Source: Eledone cirrhosa | Taxonomy: Eukaryota | Assembly: GCA_964016885.1 (NCBI GenBank) | Contig: OZ024765.1 | Location: forward strand, 3,720,001-3,784,000 | Direction of reading: 5' to 3' | Length of the DNA stretch: 64,000 bases | Shown here: positions 25,420 through 37,117 of the stretch, one piece after another | Layout: every line of letters starts with the position of its first letter | How positions within the stretch are numbered: the first letter of the stretch is position 1 | Notes under the pieces: model-generated | The model's input: the letters and a program-made list of their open reading frames with translations, nothing else | What the model was told of the DNA's origin: nothing | Database searches by the model: none | Position numbers and translations under genes: made by a program

Positions 25420-26055
25420 CATGTGGTCCTAGATGTGTATATTACCTGCTTGTGTGTTGTATGTGGTCCTAGATGTGTGTTGTATGTGGTCCTAGATGTG
25501 TGTTGTATGTGGTCCTAGATGTGTGTATTACCTGCTTGTGTGTTGTATGTGGTCCTAGATGTGTGTATTACCTGCTTGTGTGTTGTATGTGGTCCTAGAT
25601 GTGTGTATTACCTGCTTGTGTGTTGTATGTGGTCCTAGATGTGTGTATTACCTGCTTGTGTGTTGTATGTGGTCCTAGATGTGTGTATTACCTGCTTGTG
25701 TGTTGTATGTGGTCCTAGATGTGTGTATTACCTGCTTGTGTGTTGTATGTGGTCCTAGATGTGTGTATTACCTGATTGTGTGTTGTATGTGGTCCTAGAT
25801 GTGTGTATTACCTGCTTGTGTGTTGTATGTGGTCCTAGATGTGTGTATTACCTGCTTGTGTGTTGTATGTGGTCCTAGATGTATGCATTACCGGCTTGTA
25901 TGTGGTCCTAGATGTGTGTATTACCTGCTTGTGTGTTGTATGTGGTCCTAGATGTGTGTATTACTTGCTTATGTGTTGTATGTGGTCCTAGATGTGTATT
26001 ACCTGCTTGTGTGTTGTATGTGGTCCTAGATGTGTGTATTACCTGATTGTGTGCG
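25420..26055 (+). repeat. 40-bp minisatellite (~15 copies)
   Basis: Unit gtgtgttgtatgtggtcctagatgtgtgtattacctgctt. Confidence 0.95.
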
Positions 26056-26989
26056 TTTTTTTTATATTTGAAATGTTATTTATATATATATAATATAATA
26101 CAAATAGTGAAAACAATGAAATAAAATAAAATACGGGTAATTTATAGTAAAACTCATTATTTTACGATCATTTCTGGGGGGTAGTTCTCCGTATGTTCAT
26201 TCTATTAGTGATCTATGTAAAATATATTACAGATTATCAAAGTAAGAAAATATATATATATATATATAAAAAACCTCTGAAATAATCGTGAACAATTTAA
26301 AATGTTATATATTTAAAACTTCTGAAATTGTGAACAATTTAAAATGTTATATATATATATATATATATATAAAACCTCTGAAAGAATAGTGAACAATTAA
26401 AAATGTTATTTATACACCTGGGAATAAAAGTTCCAGAACAAATTAGCAAACCCCAAAATAAATTCTTCTCTAAATATTATTAAAATAGGGACAAATTACC
26501 AAGTATTTACACAGGTCAGTAGAAAATATAGTATGCTGGCCATGTATTTCTGATCCCTGATTTAAAGTGTGTCCTTGAGCAAGACACTTATTTCATGTTG
26601 CCCCAGTTAACTGGAAAAAAAATTGATACATATTATAGATAAATATAGTAAAATAAAAAATATATAATATTTATTTATAAATAGTATATATTATATTATT
26701 TATTATATATAAATTAACGATTTTATTTATTATCTATTATTTACAATTTGCGTGTAGGTAGGTCTTTCTGGAAACAGGATTGGGAGCGCTGAGGGTACTA
26801 CATGGCTGTGAGTGGCGCGGTGGCCCAAAAGCTTCAGAACCTCTGTTCTAGAAGATGTTTAGCTAAGGTTAAGAGATGACAAAGGTTTCAGTAATTTTCT
26901 CTACAGATTTCTGATGGATGTTGTCAAAATAATTTTTGATATCCACAAAAGTCGACTGACAGAGTCTGTTGTGTAGATATTAGTTGAAT

Positions 26990-27745
26990 AACCATGTCAT
27001 GGTGGTATGGCTTCTGTTGTGTGTGAATGTGTTTATGAGAGATTACCACAGGTACTACAATGGTATGGCTTCTGTTGTGAATGTGTTTATGAGAGATTAC
27101 CACAGATACTACAATGGTATGGCTTCTGTTGTGAATGTGTTTATGAGAGATTACCACAGATACTACAATGGTATGGCTTCTGTTGCGAGAGGTTACCACA
27201 GGTATCTCAATGGTATGGCTTCTGTTGTGAGAGATTACCACAGATATCTCAATGGTATGGCTTCTGTTGTGAGAGGTTACCACAGGTATCTCAATGGTAT
27301 GGCTTCTGTTGTGAGAGATTACCACAGGTATCTCAATGGTATGGCTTCTGTTGTGAGAGATTACCACAGGTATCTCAATGGTATGGCTTCTGTTGTGAGA
27401 AATTACTACAGATATCTCAATGGTATGGCTTCTGTTGTGAGAGATTACCACAGATATCTCAATGGTATGGCTTCTGTTGTGAGAGGTTACCACAGGTATC
27501 TCAATGGTATGGCTTCTGTTGTGAGAGATTACCACAGGTATCTCAATGGTATGGCTTCTGTTGAGAGGTTACCACAGGTATCTCAATGGTATGGCTTCTG
27601 TTGTGAGAGATTACCACAGGTATCTCAATGGTATGGCTTCTGTTGTGAGAGATTACCAGAGATACTACAATGGTATGGCTTCTGTTGTGTGAGGTTACCA
27701 GAGATACTACAATGGTATGGCTTCTGTTGTGTGAGGTTACCACAT
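26990..27745 (-). repeat. 42-bp zinc-finger-derived minisatellite (~17 copies) downstream of the ZNF stop
   Basis: Minus-strand unit reads QQKPYHCSICGNLS in one frame; many copies have TGT changed to TGA. Confidence 0.9.
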
Positions 27746-27801
27746 GAGGCGATATATTTGTGTTTAGTTAATTTCAATGTTGGAGAGAATTCTGGTTTTT
27801 C

Positions 27802-28788
27802 TCATATATGAATTTTTTTGTGTCTAGTAAAGTTACCACTTTGAGAGAAGGATTTACCACAGACATCACAGTGAAATGGTTTCTCTCCTGTATGAATGCG
27901 TTTATGTTTAGTTAAGTGACCACTTACAGAGAATGATTTATCACATATATCACAGTGATATGGTTTCTCTCCAGTATGAATACGTAAGTGGGTAGTTAAG
28001 TCGCCACGTTGAGTGAACGATTTATCACAGATATCACAATGATATGGCTTCTCTCCTGTATGTATGCGTTGATGAAGTGCTATGCTATTACTTCCTGAAA
28101 AAGATTTACCACAGATATCACAGTGATATGGTTTGTTTCCTGTGTGATTATCTTTATGTGCTGTTAAGTGATCGTTTCGAGAGAATGATTTATCACAGAT
28201 ATCACAGTGATATGGTTTCTCTCCTGTATGAATGCGCCTATGTTTGGTTAATTCACCATTTCCCGAGAATGATTTACCACAGATATCACAGTGATATGGT
28301 TTCTCTCCAGTATGAATGCGTTTGTGCCCAGTTAAATGTCCATTTTGAGTGAATGATTTACCACAGACATCACAGTGATATGGCTTCTCTCCTGTATGGA
28401 TCCTGATGTGTTTAGTTAAGTTATACCCTTGAGAGAATGATTCATCACAGATATTACACTGATATGGCTTCTCTCCTGTATGAACACGTTTGTGTGTAGA
28501 TAAGTAACTACTTCGAGCGAATGATTTACCACAGATATCACAGTGGTATACTTTCTCTCCTGTATGACTGCATTTGTGTTCAATTAAATCTTTTCCAGAG
28601 AATGAAACACCACAGATATCACAGTCATATACTTTCTCTCCCTTATGAATACGTTTATGTCTAGTTAAGTCATCTTTTTCAACAGGGACTGCTACCTTTT
28701 CATTCTCTTCCAGTTTTTCATCAACAGAATCAATCATTTTAGATTCAGTTTCCTGTTTGATCTGATCCTTACATAAATTAGTTTCCAT
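27802..28788 (-). CDS. C2H2 zinc-finger protein, subfamily A (328 aa, ~10 fingers)
   Basis: Intact ORF; the first ~60 aa and the 5' UTR are nearly identical to those of 16805-18298. Confidence 0.93.
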   Translation of the reverse strand: METNLCKDQIKQETESKMIDSVDEKLEENEKVAVPVEKDDLTRHKRIHKGEKVYDCDICGVSFSGKDLIEHKCSHTGEKVYHCDICGKSFARSSYLSTHKRVHTGEKPYQCNICDESFSQGYNLTKHIRIHTGEKPYHCDVCGKSFTQNGHLTGHKRIHTGEKPYHCDICGKSFSGNGELTKHRRIHTGEKPYHCDICDKSFSRNDHLTAHKDNHTGNKPYHCDICGKSFSGSNSIALHQRIHTGEKPYHCDICDKSFTQRGDLTTHLRIHTGEKPYHCDICDKSFSVSGHLTKHKRIHTGEKPFHCDVCGKSFSQSGNFTRHKKIHI

Positions 28789-29617
28789 AATTTATCTTCT
28801 CTCACCTCAATATTCAGATATTTTTCTGGTTTTTCTATTTATAGTATATTCCAAACAAATATTTCTCCAGCTATATTTCCATCAACTGTGATCTTTGGTG
28901 ATATCTGAAGATGCTGGAAAAATTCTTTGTAAATTTGTCCAAGTTTAATGAGAATGTGAATTTATGTTGTACACATTCCAGGTTGTGAAGTAGAGAAAAG
29001 ATTTATATGTGAGGGGTTACCACAGTAGTATGGCTTCTGTTGAGAGGGGATATATTTGTGTTTAGTTAAGTTACATTTCAGGCAGTGAAGTAGAGAAATG
29101 TTGTTTTTAATCTCAGATTAGAGGAAATCAGTGTAATTCAACCAGATATTTATATAAACAGGGTTATATCTGTTCTGTATAAGATCTTCCTTTAGTCTTT
29201 AAAAGATGATAAATATTGCTGGATATATCTGAAGTTAAACAATTCTCTTCTACCAATGTCTGCTGATATTCTGAAATAATAAAGAAACTCTATAAGATAT
29301 AGAGGAGACTTAAAATGCAAAGATTTAACAGTGGAAATTTTATTACATTTTTATATTGATAAACTGTAGGTATAAATATTGAGTGAAGTCTGGTGGCTTA
29401 GTGGGTAGGGTGTTCAGTTTATTATCTGGAGGTAGTCAGTTTAATTAGTGGACTATATTGATAAACTGTAAGTAGGGACATTTATAGGTCGATAAAATAA
29501 AGTACCAGTAATGCACTGGGATAAAACAATTATTCTATGTACTATACATGCACCTTTGATGAGTTGTAGTGCACCTGAGCACTGTACACAAGAATTTTGA
29601 TTATTATTATTATTATT

Positions 29618-29812
29618 ATGAGCGGTGAATTGGGAGTATCAGTAGGGTGTCAGACACCATGCTTTACATAGAATTATGGCCCTTTACGTTCTGAATTCAA
29701 ATCGCACCGAGGTTAACTTTGCCTTTCCTCCTTATGGGGTTGATAGAATGAAGTACCAGTAATGCACTGGGGTAATTGCTGGCCTTGGGCAAAAAGTAGA
29801 AACAATATTATT
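29618..29812 (+). mobile_element. SINE family 1
   Basis: Matches 45225-45410. Confidence 0.75.
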
Positions 29813-29969
29813 ATTATTATGACATTGCTGGAATATAAAAAAAAAAAAATATACTTATTTTAGAAAATCGGTTCTATTTGTCTACAGACTAAATACTGTA
29901 TGACAACCACTTTCAACACAGAGGACGTCAAGTGAATCACACCAACTGTTCAACAACATAATATCTATC

Positions 29970-31090
29970 TAGGGTGTGTAAAATTCCCGAGATCCATGGA
30001 CGAGTTCTCACCAGTGGCCTCTGTCCCTCATTATCGCTGCCATCTCCTGCGTCTCCAAGAGACCAGTGTCTGTCCTTAAGGCATCAACATATGTCAACTT
30101 TGGTCTCCCTCTTCCAGTGTCTCCATGTAGGGGCTCCCACAGGAGCACCAAGTGCAGTGTCAACGCTGGGTGTCAGTGAGCATGTCTACTTAACCTAGTG
30201 TGCCCATGCAGGGGCTCCCACAGGACCTCTGAGTGCAGTGTCAACTCTGGATGTCAGTGAGCATGTCTAGTTAACCTAGTGTGCCCATGTAGGGGCTCCC
30301 ACAGGACCACTGAGTGCAGTGTCAACTCTGGGTGTCAGTGAGCATGTCTAGTTAACCTAGTGTGTTTGTGTAGGGGCTCCCACAGAAGCACTGAGTGCAG
30401 TGTCAACTCTGAATGTCAATGAGCATGTCCAGCTAACCTCAGTCTCCCTCTTCTAGTGTGTCTGTGTAGGGGCTCCCACAGGAGCACTGAGTGCAGTGTC
30501 AACTCTGAATGTCAGTGAGCATGTCCAGCTAACCTCAGTCTTCCTCTTCTAGTGTGTCTGTGTAGGGTCTCCCACAGGAGCAGTGAGTGCACTGTCAACC
30601 CTGAATGTCAGTGAGCATGTCCAGCTAACCTCAGTCTCCCTCTTCTAGTGTGTCTGTGTAGGGTCTCCCACGGGAGCAGTGAGTGCAGTGTCAACTCTGG
30701 ATGTCGGTGAGCATGTCCAGCTAACCTCAGTCTCCCTCTTCTAGTGTGACCATGTAGGGGCTCCCACAGGACCACCGAGTGCAGTTTCAACCCTGAATGT
30801 CAGTGAGCATGTCCAGCTAACCTCAGTCTCCCTCTTCTAGTGTGTCTGTGTAGGGGCTCCCACAGGACCACCGAGTACAGTGTCAACTCTGGATGTCAGT
30901 GAGCATGTCCAGCTAATCTCACTCTCCTCTGTGCCACTCTCGAACTGAATTTTGGGAGGCTCCTGTACAGCTCTCAGTTCTTTATCCTCAGTGTATACTG
31001 ATTAATGTTTAGAGCCCTCCTCAGCATTCTCGTGTAGCACCCCTCCACCATCTGAGTGTGTCTCTTGGTCAGTGTCCAAGTCTCAGACAT
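29970..31090 (-). mobile_element. RTE-like LINE 3' end with internal 81-95-bp tandem expansion (~9 units)
   Basis: Units encode RLRLAGHAHRHPELTLHS.LLWEPLHGHTRRGR, a LINE ORF2 C-terminal motif. Confidence 0.75.
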
Positions 31091-31563
31091 AATATTACAA
31101 GGAGTAATTGTAGAAGTTAACCCTTTGTCTTCCTCTTAATAGTAAGATATGTGGGACTGGGTACTTCCATATCTTATACCTATCAATTCCAGTCAAGTGA
31201 TCGATAAAATAAAGTATCGGTGAAATATTGGTTCTTTCCAGCCACAGAAGTATTGATCTTACTCCAGAATTATAAACGACTATATTTTGTAATTAAAGAT
31301 AATTAAAACGAAGTCGGAAGAAGAACGAAAGACTGAAAATATAAAAAACGAATTTTGTAAACATTTCTTCTTTGTTTTCCTTCCGTTTGTCTCTTTTATC
31401 TTATATATATATATGTATTTTTTTTTTAGTTTGAAATAAGATTTTTTATTATACAGAGAATATAAATAAATTTACAGTAGAATAACATAACAAATATGTT
31501 TTAAATATATACATAAATAACATTACAAGTGCTTAGATAGCATTATAAATTGCTCGCCATTCT

Positions 31564-32156
31564 TTCAGAAAGATATATTCTTTTAATGTTACAATAATAA
31601 AGAAAATGTAAAGGAAGGGGTGAACAATGGACCAACACCAGAGCAAAAGACCAACCATCTGGGTTGTCCAGAAGTGACGGCAAAAGACCTGACAGCCTTA
31701 CCCTGTGCCCCTGGTCGAGAGGCAGGTGCCTTGTCTGGGACGTCACTGTTAATGGCTCTTTTGCTTTTTCCCCACATCCTGGATGCTGCGGTTAAGGCGA
31801 GGGCCACAGCTTCTGCAGCCGAGCGGAGTAAGACCCTCAAATACTCTGATCTGTCGGCCAGCTACATCTTTCAGCCTGTGGCTGTCGAGACGTTTTGGGG
31901 AGTCGGGCCGCTGACTGCGAGGTTCCTCTCTTCACTGGCAGCTCAACTAATAGAGGTAACTGGCGAATCTCGCGAAGGCGCTTGGCTGTTCCAGCGCCTC
32001 AACCTCGCCATCACCCGAGACAACGCTGCGAGTGGGCTGGATTGCCTCAAAAATCATTAGAGAGGTTGCCCGATACTCCTCGCGACGCTCGGTTGTGCAC
32101 CCCTTCCTTTACATTTTCTTTAATATCGCAACATTAAAAGAATATATCCTTCAGGA
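31564..32156 (+). mobile_element. CRE-like RLE endonuclease fragment bounded by ~64-bp inverted repeats
   Basis: RSDGKRPDSLTLCPWSRGRCLVWDVTV, then after a frameshift AAERSKTLKY..PVAVETF..QRLNLAITRDNAAS. Arms at 31564-31627 and 32093-32156. Confidence 0.8.
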
Positions 32157-32831
32157 ACACATTAACACTAACGCTTCCTCATTTTAAACTCATTTTACAG
32201 TTTATTATTGAGAAATTTACGAGAAACTAAAGACAGGTGCTGGTTGGGTATGAAACTAATTAAGGTGAGACAGGAACATCACATCGTTTGTCTCTTTTAT
32301 CTTATAAAAACATTGAAATAAAGATATGCGGGTCAAATGACACAGGTAAACAATAACGATATGTCTATATCAATGATATTTCTATATTAATATAGATTAA
32401 CAAGGAAAGATGTGAGAATATGTTGAAGTAGTCGCAATATAAACAAGACACACTGGACCAAGAAAACCTTCATTTATATATTATTCCTGTTAATAAAGAA
32501 TGTTGTAATGATTTATTTAGAGAGTTAATTAAAGTCTATTTTAATTACCTGTTGAAAATGTTGGTAATAAAGAGGAGCTGAACCAGTAATAGAGACGTGG
32601 AAGAAACAACAACAGCAAATTAACAACAGACTAAATTGGAAAATTTTACCAATTAACAGACAGGGGCAGATAACTTTACTTTCACATCCGTCATTAAAAT
32701 TTCCTGTGTTAAATATATAAATATATACACATACATACATGCCTATCTAAAGTATGTATTTGTAGGTATCTATATAGATATATGTATGTGTGCGTATGTA
32801 TATATATATATGTGTGTATGTATGTATGTAA

Positions 32832-33443
32832 TGTCAGGTCACCAGTTGGTGCTACTGGTAACATGTATCCCAGTACAACCTGTCCCATGGTCGGGTCGTT
32901 GGCGACTAAACTGGCAACCCCACCAAGGTTTCTTGGTGAGGTGGGTGACTTTGGGCATCCTGCAGGACTAAAAACAAAACCTGTCAAAGGGCAAAGGAGC
33001 TCTTAAGAGTCAATGGCCATCCAAAATCACCAGGAGAGATGACCCCTTAGCCTTTGTCAAGGCAGAATTCTAGGAGAAGGAAAACTCTGATATAACACCT
33101 GCAACCTTGATGGTATCCAATGATGTTGACTTGTTCTTCTTTTTGGTAAATATCATCTTGGTTAAGAGAGTGGGACTGGCTTTGTGCAGTGCCTTTGCTC
33201 ACTATAAAAGCTTCACGGCACAGGCATTGCTTTATATCTGGAGATCTCTCTGCACTTGTCGTCACATGGTGCCATGGGCCCAGCACTATGTGTCAATAAT
33301 TGTCACAAGTGTAGTGTTTGTACCAGAGTTTTCAAGTCGCTGGCTGGACTAAAAAGTCACACTCGTTCAGCGCATCGGTAGGGGTTCTCCTACATGGATA
33401 TAAAGTAGTGGCCATACTCGAAAACGAGTTGGCAGCCACCACC
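32832..33443 (+). mobile_element. Internally deleted RTE-type element (5' UTR plus 3' end)
   Basis: 5' part resembles an RTE 5' UTR (ggagaaggaaaactctga). 3' part encodes the terminal zinc finger HKCSVCTRVFKSLAGLKSHTRSAHR-stop. Confidence 0.55.
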
Positions 33444-33467
33444 GTGTGTGTGTGTGTGTATATATAT

Positions 33468-33751
33468 ACTAGCAGAATGGCTCGGCATTTGCTCTAGGGT
33501 CCATATATATTTGATATATATTTATCCTTATCGAGCCTCGTGAAATAAATACGTTTGTTTATATTTTGTTATTGTGTATGCAAAAATATCTGTACACGAA
33601 TATATAATTATATATATATATATATATATATTAAAATAACAGATTAAAATTTCAGCAAAGAATCGGTGCTTTCACCCTTAACGGGATCTTCTGAAACTAA
33701 AAAAAAATCAATCGTGAACGCAGAAGTAAATATTTCGAAAAACGTTACACT

Positions 33752-33783
<32 letters not shown>

Positions 33784-34086
33784 TATATATATACATATAT
33801 ACACACACAGCATCATAATGTCGTAAAGCAGACAGCCAGATATTATAAGGGCGCAACGTTATATCTATGTATCTATCTAAAAAGAAAGACTAAGAGAGAG
33901 AGAGAGATCGCTTTTTCGCCTAATGCGGTCCCTAGGGCATTGAACATTTGAAATATTTTTTGCTCAAAACACTCACAGGACCATAAGTATTACACGTGTA
34001 AAGTTTGAAAACAATCGGGTGGGTGGTTCTCGAGTTTTAGGGAGTTGGACAGACAGACAGATATTTTCTGTTTTAGATATATATAT
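33468..34086 (+). mobile_element. Possible non-autonomous Helitron/Helentron-like (Lep1/DINE-like) remnant
   Basis: Starts actagcagaa..cggc; ends aagtttgaaaacaatcgg..(GACA)n..ttttagatatata. Confidence 0.4.
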
Positions 34087-34219
34087 GGCAGCGATAATGA
34101 GGGACAGAGACTGTTGGAGAGAACTCGTCCATGGATCTCGGGAATTTTACCCGCCTTAGATATATATATATATATATATATAATTATGAAGGCGGCCGAC
34201 CGAACTAGAAGATATATAT

Positions 34220-35920
34220 AGGGCGGGTAAAATTCCTGAGATCCATGGATGAGTTCTTTCCAGCGATTTCCCTACTTCATATCCGTTGCTATGTCCAACG
34301 TTTCCCAGACACCAGTGTCTGTCCTAAGGGCATCAACATGTGTCATCCTTGGTCTCCCTCTTTCAGTGTGTCCCTGTAGGGGCTCCCACAGGACCAACTC
34401 TGGATGTCAGTGAACATGTCCAGCTAACCTAGTGTGTCCGTGTAGGGGCTCCCACAGGAGCACTGAGTGTAGTGTCAACTCTGGATGTCAGTGAACATGT
34501 ACAGCTAACCTAGTGTGTCCCTGTAGGTGCTCCCACAGGAGCACTGAGTGTAGTGTCAACTCTGGATGTCGGTGAACAATGTCCAGCTAACCTAGTGTGT
34601 CCCTGTAGGGGCTCCCACAGGAGCACTGAGTGTAGTGTCAACTCTGGATGTCGGTGAACAATGTCCAGCTAACCTAGTGTCCCTGTAGGGGCTCCCACAG
34701 GAGCACTGAGTGTAGTGTCAACTCTGGATGTCAGTGAGCATGTCCAGCTAACCTAGTGTGTCCCTGTAGGTGCTCCCACAGGAGCACTGAGTGTAGTGTC
34801 AACTCTGGATGTCGGTGAACAATGTCCAGCTAACCTAGTGTGTCCCTGTAGGGGCTCCCACAGGAGCACTGAGTGTAGTGTCAACTCTGGATGTCGGTGA
34901 ACAATGTCCAGCTAACCTAGTGTGTCCCTGTAGGGGCTCCCACAGGACAACTGAGTGTAGTGTCAACTCTGGATGTCGGTGAACAATGTCCAGCTAACCT
35001 AGTGTGTCCCTGTAGGGGCTCCCACAGGAGCACTGAGTGTAGTGTCAACTCTGGATGTCGGTGAACAATGTCCAGCTAACCTAGTGTGTCCGTGTAGGGG
35101 CTCCCACAGGACAACTGAGTGTAGTGTCAACTCTGGATGTCGGTGAACAATGTCCAGCTAACCTAGTGTGTCCCTGTAGGGGCTCCCACAGGAGCACTGA
35201 GTGTAGTGTCAACTCTGGATGTCGGTGAACAATGTCCAGCTAACCTAGTGTGTCCCTGTAGGGGCTCCCACAGGACAACTGAGTGTAGTGTCAACTCTGG
35301 ATGTCAGTGAGCATGTCCAGCTAACCTAGTGTGTCCCTGTAGGGGCTCCCACAGGACAACTGAGTGTAGTGTCAACTCTGGATGTCAGTGAGCATGTCCA
35401 GCTAACCTAGTGTGTCCGTGTAGGGGCTCCCACAGGAGCACTGAGTGTAGTGTCAACTCTGGATGTCAGTGAGCATGTCCAGCTAACCTAGTGTGTCCCT
35501 GTAGGGGCTCCCACAGGAGCACTGAGTGTAGTGTCAACTCTGGATGTCAGTGAACAATGTCCAGCTAACCTAGTGTGTCCGTGTAGGGGCTCCCACAGGA
35601 GCACTGAGTGTAGTGTCAACTCTGGATGTCAGTGAGCATGTCCAGCTAACCTAGTGTGTCCGTGTAGGGGCTCCCACAGGAGCACTGAGTGTAGTTTCAA
35701 CTCTGGATGTCAGTGAACAATGTCCAGCTAACCTAGTGTGTCCGTGTAGGGGCTCCCACAGGAGCACTGAGTGAAGTGTCAACTCTGGATGTCGGTGAAC
35801 ATGTCCAGCTAATCCCAATCTCCTCTCTGTTACTCAGATGGTGGATGGGTGCTACACGAGAATGCTGAGGATGGCTCTGAACATTAATCAGCATACACTG
35901 AGGAGTCTCCCAAAAGTCAG
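34220..35920 (-). mobile_element. RTE-like LINE 3' end with 81-82-bp tandem array (~17 units, 34365-35810)
   Basis: Same family as 29970-31090. A short inverted copy of its tail lies at 34095-34159. Confidence 0.85.
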
Positions 35921-35934
35921 CTCGAAATATATAT

Positions 35935-36015
35935 ATACAGTGAAATTCCGTTATAATGAAATTCACAGGGTATAAAAAAATTTGTTGTAACGAAAAATTC
36001 TTTATAATGAGATCG
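35935..36015 (+). mobile_element. Tc1/pogo-type MITE left end
   Basis: TA-cagtgaaattccgttataatgaa with repeated ttataa(c/t)ga subterminal motifs; no right TIR seen. Confidence 0.4.
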
Positions 36016-36249
36016 ACCGAAACACATCGAGCATTTATAAATAATTGTTTCTACTATTGGCACAAGGCCAGCAATTACTCAGTAGATTACTGGTACTTTA
36101 TTTTATCGACCCCGTAAAGAAGGAATCAAAACATATCAAATATGTTTCGTATTTTGTGCTTCTCAATAAGTAAGCTCAATAGACTGCATCTAGAGCCTTA
36201 ATAACCAAATAAAGATATAATGTATTTATATAGAGAAAGAAAGAGCCAT

Positions 36250-37117
36250 ATATCGCACGGGACGGCAAAAGGCCAAACGGTATGATCATCTTCCCGTTCC
36301 GCAGTAGCAAACCCCTCGTCTGGGATGCCACTTGCACCGACACTTTCTCCAGCTGCAACCTGTGACTAACCCAGCTACTGCAGCATGTCGGGCTGAGGAG
36401 GCCAAACTCTCCGACATGTTCGCGCCCTTGGCCCTAGGACTACCTCCCTATTAACCACCATAGGCGCTGAACTGGCTACCTGTAGCAGTGGATACTTCTG
36501 GTGTCCTTGGCCCTAGGGCTACCTCCCTACTTACCACCATAGGTGCTGAGCTGGCTACCTGTAGCAGTGGATACTTCTGGTGTCCTTGGCCCTAGGGCTA
36601 CCTCCCAACTTACCACCGTAGCCACAGAGCTGGCTACCTGTAACAGTGGATACTTCTGGTGTCCTTGGCCCTAGGGCTACCTCCCTACTTACCACCGTAG
36701 TCACAGAGCTGGCTACCTGTAGTAGTGGAAACTTCTGGTGTCCTTGGCCCTAAGGGCTGCCTCCCTACTTACCCCCGTAGTCACAGAGCTGGCTACCTGT
36801 AGTAGTGGAAACTTCTGATGTCCTTGGCCCTAGGGCTGCCTCCCTACTTACCACCGTAGTCACAGAGCTGGCTACCTGTAGTAGTGGAAACTTCTGGTGT
36901 CCTTGGCCCTAAGGGCTGCCTCCCTACTTACCCCCGTAGTCACAGAGCTGGCTACCTGTAGTAGTGGATACTTCTGGTGTCCTTGGCCCTAGGGCTACCT
37001 CCCTACTTACCACCGTAGTCACAGAGCTGGCTACCTGTAGTAGTGGATACTTCTGGTGTCCTTGGCCCTAGGGCTACCTCCCTATTCACCACCATAGGCA
37101 CAGAGCAGGCTACCTGT
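36250..37117 (+). mobile_element. CRE-like RLE fragment with 79-bp tandem array (~8 units)
   Basis: RDGKRPNGMIIFPFRSSKPLVWDATCTDTF, followed by repeats encoding PVAVDTSGVLGPRATSLLTTIG. Period 79 from starts at 36472, 36551 and 36630. Confidence 0.8.

Noticed and set aside
26924-27811. 203-275 aa repetitive ORFs
   Set aside because: Alternative frames of the 42-bp minisatellite; no independent coding evidence.
31620-32060. 146-aa ORF as a functional nuclease gene
   Set aside because: The catalytic RPD..WD motif is in another frame (frameshift) and there is no RT domain, so it is a TE remnant.
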